Source: an uncultured virus (IMG/VR IMGVR_UViG_3300022927_000014)
Taxonomy: Duplodnaviria; Heunggongvirae; Uroviricota; Caudoviricetes
Virus record (IMG/VR): IMGVR_UViG_3300022927_000014
Length of the DNA: 64,000 bases
Direction: 5' to 3' (one strand)
Shown: positions 59,071 through 64,000 of the stretch, in pieces
Layout of the letters: every line of letters begins with the position of its first letter
How positions within the stretch are numbered: the first letter of the stretch is position 1
Made by a program: the position numbers and the translations under genes
The notes under the pieces: model-generated
Databases searched by the model: none
Told to the model about the DNA's origin: nothing
What the model saw: only the letters and a program-made list of their open reading frames with translations

Positions 59071-59111
59071 TTTACGTTTTCCTATCTGATAAAGATTCAT
59101 TCCTTGTGGGA

Positions 59112-59127
59112 CATAAAAGACATATTA
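59112..59127 (-). promoter_or_regulatory. Putative late promoter motif
   Basis: TAATATGTCTTTTATG; the 12-mer TATGTCTTTTAT recurs upstream of 57179 (57209-57220). Confidence 0.55.
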
Positions 59128-60954
59128 ATATAAAGGTGTCTTTGCGACAGAGATTTCACGACTAGATGCTTTAACTTCTTCTTCTACAATGTCGATGATA
59201 TCATCAACAACCAACTCTGAAGAGAGATCTCTTACTGCGTTGACTACATTTTGTGGGATGCTAAAGAGTTTTTCTAACAGACCTGTACAAGTCACTATGT
59301 TTGATGTTGTCAACTCTTCTTCAAAGGTATGTGGCATAACAGATAAGATCAAGCTCATACGAACACCCTCTGCCATAGGGATTGCAACAAGAGAGTAAGG
59401 GTAGCTCTTGTCACTATCTTTAAAGTAAGACTTTACCCTATCTTTGTAGATCCTATTAACAACAGAGAGTTGAATATCTCCCCTTTGCATTTCTTTTTCT
59501 CTGATGTTCAAATATATGTCAATATACTTCATCATTGTAGATTTGAAGTTAGCAGGTGTAACTCCCATAGTAGTTATAGGCAAGCAGAGTTTGCAAGACT
59601 CCCACAAGGCTGCAATGTAATCCTCTGGCTCTGTGCTGTTCTCTGCAATATTTGCCATTGAAGTACCCCATTTTTTAGAGCTACTGTGCAGATCACCCTC
59701 AATCTTGATTCCCTGATAGGTGAATCCACCATTAACAGCCAAGAACAAGTTGACCCACTGAGGAATAGATTTGGTTCTCTTCCTCATTCTTTTTGCAAAG
59801 TCAGACTTTCCTTTTTTAACCTTTGTTTTAATCTTAGGGTTAAAGATTTTAGCATCTGCATCCATACAATTATCAACAAAAGAAGCAAAGAGCCTAAGTT
59901 GTCCAATGCTCATAAACTTGTATTTCTTAATGATCATTGGTGCAAGCTTCCTCGAAGACACCTCACTACAAGTCATTACTATATCTTGAACTATATCTTC
60001 ATCCCATCTCTTAGCGATAAGCATAGCCCAATCTTCATCAAGCATTCTCCATACACTCGCAGACAAGAATAAGAGATCTTTCTTCTTTTGTAGCATATTT
60101 GCAGACATATTATATGTTGCGTTCTCTTTAAATGCCTTACCCTCTAAAGCTCTGGTGATAAGATTATCTACTTCTTTTTGAGCAACTAAAGGGTCTGTGC
60201 CATCAAAGAGTTCCATTTGGTCATAGACAGTTGTATTTGATGAGGTGTCCTCTATATTTTCAATTGGGTCACCATAAGCATTTTCGTCTGTGTTTAAGTC
60301 TACAATATATCTTTTCCTCTTTAAGTCACCTGGCATGATCTCTCGTTTGGTGAAGTGAGGACTTTTTGGGTCATATACTCTTCTAATATAATTGCCAACA
60401 TACTTAATTGCAGATGCAATGTCTGTAAACTTACTAGGGTCTTTGTTGAGTCTGTACCAGACACCACCATTAAGCTCCATTTGAGTCTTACCAGCACTAG
60501 AGCGAGAAGCTTCAGGTTCGCTCTTATTTCTGCCATGAGGTATTAAGAAATATCTAGAGAAAAGGTCTGTACCTAAGTCCATAAAAGAACCTCTAAATGT
60601 AGATGCTAATTTACTAAGCATAGTAGCCCATTCAGCACCACCAGAACCATTCCACTCATCCATAATCATCTTATCAAGAGAGCTGTCTCTTCTTCTTAAT
60701 TGTCTTCTTAGCCCTCGAAAGTCCGAAGGTAAAGTAGAGTCTGTAGGTTCTAATTCTGTTTGACCAAGAGCGAATAAAGTGGACCATGCAGTGTAATAAA
60801 AGTACCTTTGAGAAGTCTCTTTATTAAAAGGGTCGCTAAGGTCTTTCAAAAAAGCTTCTTTAAGCCACATCTCTGAGGCTGCTTTGATGAGATTCTCTGA
60901 AGCTTGCTTATCTCTCTGGCTTATAATGTCAACTAACTTTAAATATGGACTCAT
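59125..60954 (-). CDS. Large hypothetical protein with an N-terminal KQAS/KAAS/KEA-containing segment
   Basis: 609 aa; RBS GGGAGGG; late-type motif TAAATCTTTTATAAG at 60982-60996. Confidence 0.7.
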   Translation of the reverse strand: MSPYLKLVDIISQRDKQASENLIKAASEMWLKEAFLKDLSDPFNKETSQRYFYYTAWSTLFALGQTELEPTDSTLPSDFRGLRRQLRRRDSSLDKMIMDEWNGSGGAEWATMLSKLASTFRGSFMDLGTDLFSRYFLIPHGRNKSEPEASRSSAGKTQMELNGGVWYRLNKDPSKFTDIASAIKYVGNYIRRVYDPKSPHFTKREIMPGDLKRKRYIVDLNTDENAYGDPIENIEDTSSNTTVYDQMELFDGTDPLVAQKEVDNLITRALEGKAFKENATYNMSANMLQKKKDLLFLSASVWRMLDEDWAMLIAKRWDEDIVQDIVMTCSEVSSRKLAPMIIKKYKFMSIGQLRLFASFVDNCMDADAKIFNPKIKTKVKKGKSDFAKRMRKRTKSIPQWVNLFLAVNGGFTYQGIKIEGDLHSSSKKWGTSMANIAENSTEPEDYIAALWESCKLCLPITTMGVTPANFKSTMMKYIDIYLNIREKEMQRGDIQLSVVNRIYKDRVKSYFKDSDKSYPYSLVAIPMAEGVRMSLILSVMPHTFEEELTTSNIVTCTGLLEKLFSIPQNVVNAVRDLSSELVVDDIIDIVEEEVKASSREISVAKTPLY

Positions 60955-61015
60955 GTGTAATCCCTCCCTTGTCTACTCTTTCTTATAAAAGATTTACAAA
61001 AGATAACTGTACCCC

Positions 61016-61043
61016 TTGCTTTTTATTGATAAGTGTATATAAT
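61016..61043 (+). promoter_or_regulatory. Sigma70-type promoter for the sigma-like gene
   Basis: TTGCTT-N16-TATAAT. Confidence 0.5.
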
Positions 61044-61110
61044 CAATAACACATCACGACAAAGTTCCGTTAGAACAAAGTCAAAGTTAAAGTAAAAACA
61101 AGGAGTGTAA

Positions 61111-61995
61111 ATGTTTAATATCTCGGTAGAGAGTACCCAACCTATTCTCAAAGAGTTGACTATTCTTAACATCCAGCCCTCATTCAATTTCCTCTATGAA
61201 CTTGATTCTTTAAACAGAGAAGTCTCTAAATACAAGCTCTTTAAAAAGAGATCACGAAAGAGATTATCTGGCAATCCAACCAAAGCAAAAGAGCTTAATA
61301 GTTGGAATGAAACCCAGAAGTGGATTTTCGATGCTGAGTCAAATCGGTTTGAGAAGATAAAGAACTTCTGTATCAAGACAGCCTCTAAGGATATCAAGAC
61401 AGGTGACATCATCTATGACAACTATGAAGATTTCTTCATGGGATGGGTCACAGACCTCTGTAAAAGAAACACCTTAGCTACAAAGATCAATAGCGGTGAG
61501 AAGATCAACAACTCAGTGCTTTATTGGTGGTACAGACAGTTTATTCAGAGAGCTTCTATGAAGTCTGCACAAGATGCTCATTCAAGAGTTTATGGTGTTC
61601 GGACTCAAAGTGAAATCACCCATGAAAAGGTTCATGAACATGATCTTGCTTACTTAGATGCTTCTGGCCTACAAGAAGCTAAAGTAGTCCACAAGTTTAA
61701 TGAGGAAACAGGTTCTACAACAGGAGAGCCTGACTATTATGTTGATGAAGACCCTTATCAAAAGCTACACCTGCAAAGTGTGCATGCTTTTGTTAAAAAA
61801 GTTTTTTTGAGGTCTTATGGGAGTGTTGAAAAGACAGAGAATAGATACCAGCTTTTCCTTGAAATCCTTGAAGGTAAAGGTGGTTATTCAAATCTTGAAG
61901 AATGGGCTGAGTCTCATGGTATTTCTATTAACAAGCTAAAGAAGCGTATCTCTCACATTGAAAGTCTTTTAAGTAAGCACAAAGACGAGATCTAA
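61111..61995 (+). CDS. Divergent sigma70/ECF-like transcription factor
   Basis: C-terminal region-4-like HTH (LFLEIL.G...SNLEEWAESHGISINKLKKRISHIESLL); region-2-like YEDFF...LYWWYRQFI; RBS AAGGAG. Confidence 0.5.
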   Translation: MFNISVESTQPILKELTILNIQPSFNFLYELDSLNREVSKYKLFKKRSRKRLSGNPTKAKELNSWNETQKWIFDAESNRFEKIKNFCIKTASKDIKTGDIIYDNYEDFFMGWVTDLCKRNTLATKINSGEKINNSVLYWWYRQFIQRASMKSAQDAHSRVYGVRTQSEITHEKVHEHDLAYLDASGLQEAKVVHKFNEETGSTTGEPDYYVDEDPYQKLHLQSVHAFVKKVFLRSYGSVEKTENRYQLFLEILEGKGGYSNLEEWAESHGISINKLKKRISHIESLLSKHKDEI

Positions 61996-62030
61996 TTCTT
62001 TACCAATGCCCTCTAAAACAATTTGCTTTT

Positions 62031-62072
62031 AAGCCCTGCTTCCCAGAAATGGAAGGCAGGGCTTTTTTTTTT
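62031..62072 (+). terminator. Rho-independent terminator
   Basis: AAGCCCTGC.TTCC / GGAAGGCAGGGCTT stem followed by T10, between convergent genes. Confidence 0.85.
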
Positions 62073-63696
62073 ACAAGAATTTTTTGAGGTTCTTAATCTC
62101 TGACTTTAAATTTTGTAGAGCACTTGAAGCAATATGCATCTTTTCAGAGGCAGCTTTACCTGCCTTTTGTTTCTGGTTTACAGACTTAACATACTTCTGA
62201 ACCTGTGCCTTGATTTCAGCAACAGCTTTTTCCATTTCAGCCCTGTAGCCATCTGCATCAAAGTTCCCATCTTCATCAATAAACTGAGAAACAGCTAGTA
62301 GCTCATCTTTACCTATGTTCCCATAAAATTGAGCAAGGGCATCTTCAAAGTTGACTTTAGCAGCAACTCTCATTGCATTGTCTACTGCATTACCTACTAA
62401 GAATGCACTACCACCAACAACTTTGCCTATACCTGAAATGCCTGCGTTGAAAGTGCCCCAAAGCAGACCCTCTGACACTTCTTTAGCTCCAATGGCAAGC
62501 TCTTTTGTAGCTTCAGCTATAGCTGACATAGCACTTTGCCTACCTTTTGTGATTTCTTCACTAATCTTAGTCTGGCTTTCTTTATTGACACTATTTCCAA
62601 AAACTGCGGAGATTGCTTTCTTAACAGAGTTTGAGATTTTCTTGGTGTCAACTTGAGCAGCTTGACTAAAACCCTCAGAGAACGAATCTCGAGGGTCTCT
62701 AGTGCCATCTAGCATAGCTTTACCAATAGCTTTCGGTGCTTTACCAAAGGCTGCTTGGATAGGAGTAGCGAGAGCTGGCCCCCATGTAGGTAAATGTTCA
62801 GAGCTTTTAACAACTTGATCAGTCCACCTTGTTTTGTTGTGTTTTTTCATAAACGCAACAGCTTTACTATTCAGAGGATGGTCTTTCTTTGATGCATAAG
62901 ACCTAACAGTAGAAAGAGCTAAGTCTTTACCTTCAAATTGAACTCTTTCAACTTTTTTTGGCTTAGATTCAGGCTTGCTTTTCGGTTTCTTTTTGTCTTT
63001 GCCAAAAATTGCAACTCTTTCATTATGTGCTTTTTTAATTCCGAAGAAGCCACCTATGTCTCTTTTAAAACGATTCCATTTATTACCAGCTATATTTGCA
63101 AGGCTGTCATTCTCTTCAACGACTTTACATAGCCTATCAAATTCTGGCTCAAGCTCTCTAAATATGGGAAGCTCTAGTCTTCCTAAATTGTTTTTTTCTC
63201 GATATATGCCTTGTTTTATCTTATCAAGAGCATCAAAAGAAGAAGCTGTCTCTGCTTCTTCAGTCCAGCCTTTGATTAAATCCCTTACTCTCTTTAGCTT
63301 TTTAGTACGCTCTTTGACAATATCATCTATGGTAGTCTTAATCTTATACAAGTCCTTTGCTTTATTTTGAACTCGACTATAATAGTGGTGGTGTAAAGAA
63401 TTGTTTATAGCCTTAAGATCTATCTTCTTCATGGTATAAAATATGTTCTTCATATCTTTAGTTGATAGGTCTTCTGGACTATAAGTGCTAGAAAACATAC
63501 CTTTACCATAAGACAAAACTTTGTAGTTAAGTTCTGACCATATCTTCTCAACTTTATGACCATCCTCTATTAGCTTCTTGAGACTAGGCCACTTCTTATC
63601 AAAGTCAGCCCTATGTCTCTCTAAAGCTTCACCACTAGGCTGGTAAGGTAGTCTTTTCAAGTATTCATCAAATTCTATCTCTTTGTTAATATTCAT
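62071..63696 (-). CDS. Two-module hypothetical protein: helical N-half; Ala/Gly-rich C-half with a hydrophobic segment
   Basis: 541 aa; junction IKKAHNERVA; GLLWGTFNAGISGIGKVVGGSAFLVG; C-terminal GKAAS/HIAS tail. Confidence 0.7.
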   Translation of the reverse strand: MNINKEIEFDEYLKRLPYQPSGEALERHRADFDKKWPSLKKLIEDGHKVEKIWSELNYKVLSYGKGMFSSTYSPEDLSTKDMKNIFYTMKKIDLKAINNSLHHHYYSRVQNKAKDLYKIKTTIDDIVKERTKKLKRVRDLIKGWTEEAETASSFDALDKIKQGIYREKNNLGRLELPIFRELEPEFDRLCKVVEENDSLANIAGNKWNRFKRDIGGFFGIKKAHNERVAIFGKDKKKPKSKPESKPKKVERVQFEGKDLALSTVRSYASKKDHPLNSKAVAFMKKHNKTRWTDQVVKSSEHLPTWGPALATPIQAAFGKAPKAIGKAMLDGTRDPRDSFSEGFSQAAQVDTKKISNSVKKAISAVFGNSVNKESQTKISEEITKGRQSAMSAIAEATKELAIGAKEVSEGLLWGTFNAGISGIGKVVGGSAFLVGNAVDNAMRVAAKVNFEDALAQFYGNIGKDELLAVSQFIDEDGNFDADGYRAEMEKAVAEIKAQVQKYVKSVNQKQKAGKAASEKMHIASSALQNLKSEIKNLKKFL

Positions 63697-63699
63697 ATC

Positions 63700-63999
63700 T
63701 TAGCCTCTAATTCTACGCTCATGTAGAAATATAACATCTCCACTGCTGGGGTTTTTTCTAGCTAGAGACTTCCAGACTCTAATAGCTTTATCTGAAGTAG
63801 TTCTAGTATGACAATAGTTAGGAATAAAGAAGATAGGGATTCCAACATCCTCTCTTACTTTATTTGCAATGGTTTTATACATCAATATGCCACATTTTTT
63901 ATTTCGATGCTCTTCATCTAGGTTAGATTCTGTTATCTCAAAAACAGGAATACCATTTTCCCATGTGCTTGCAGGGAAAGAATCGCTCCACAGTTCCCA
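63700..63999 (-). CDS. C-terminal part of a GNAT-like acetyltransferase (truncated by the window edge)
   Basis: Frame is open to the window end: ...FEITESNLDEEHRNKKCGILMYK (motif A-like)...TSDKAIRVWKSL. Confidence 0.55.
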   Translation of the reverse strand, partial: WELWSDSFPASTWENGIPVFEITESNLDEEHRNKKCGILMYKTIANKVREDVGIPIFFIPNYCHTRTTSDKAIRVWKSLARKNPSSGDVIFLHERRIRG

Positions 64000-64000
64000 T

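Noticed and set aside
2364..63370. Numerous antisense and nested ORFs in the six-frame track (e.g. 3750..4229, 9717..10322, 55543..56181, 28546..28803)
   Set aside because: Nearly all are shadows of longer genes on the opposite strand or frame and lack an RBS or recognisable motifs; 28546..28803 is merely unsupported
1..64000. Alternative genetic code (stop-codon reassignment), as in some large phages
   Set aside because: Long genes are intact in the standard code, coding density is high, and TAA, TAG and TGA all end genes at sensible junctions

Overview
This is a gene-dense, AT-rich 64 kb segment of a large (probably jumbo) contractile-tailed dsDNA phage genome using the standard genetic code; I saw no tRNA, rRNA or CRISPR array. 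The left third (1-22.8 kb) is a tail/baseplate module: large structural proteins, Gp5/VgrG-like spike, hub, tube-initiator-like pair, tape measure, chaperone-like pair and tail tube. The remainder interleaves replication/modification genes with a short early-type operon and many orphan genes. The replication/modification set is an SNF2 helicase, three beta-class DNA methyltransferases, topoisomerase IB, a family A DNA polymerase, RecD2, a degenerate DnaC-like loader plus DnaB, a ClpP-like protease and a sigma-like factor. The main unexplained signal is a candidate modular virion-cargo system. Five dispersed genes with mostly unrelated bodies begin with a conserved 23-24 aa leader ending LEK[EQ][AS]. 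Many other orphans carry short [KR]-x-A(S) motifs at termini and domain junctions, including one directly before the nucleophilic Cys of an Ntn hydrolase. Most of these genes share an upstream TA[AG]T...TTTAT motif with the tail tube gene. Functional calls come from motifs read by eye; no database searches were run.
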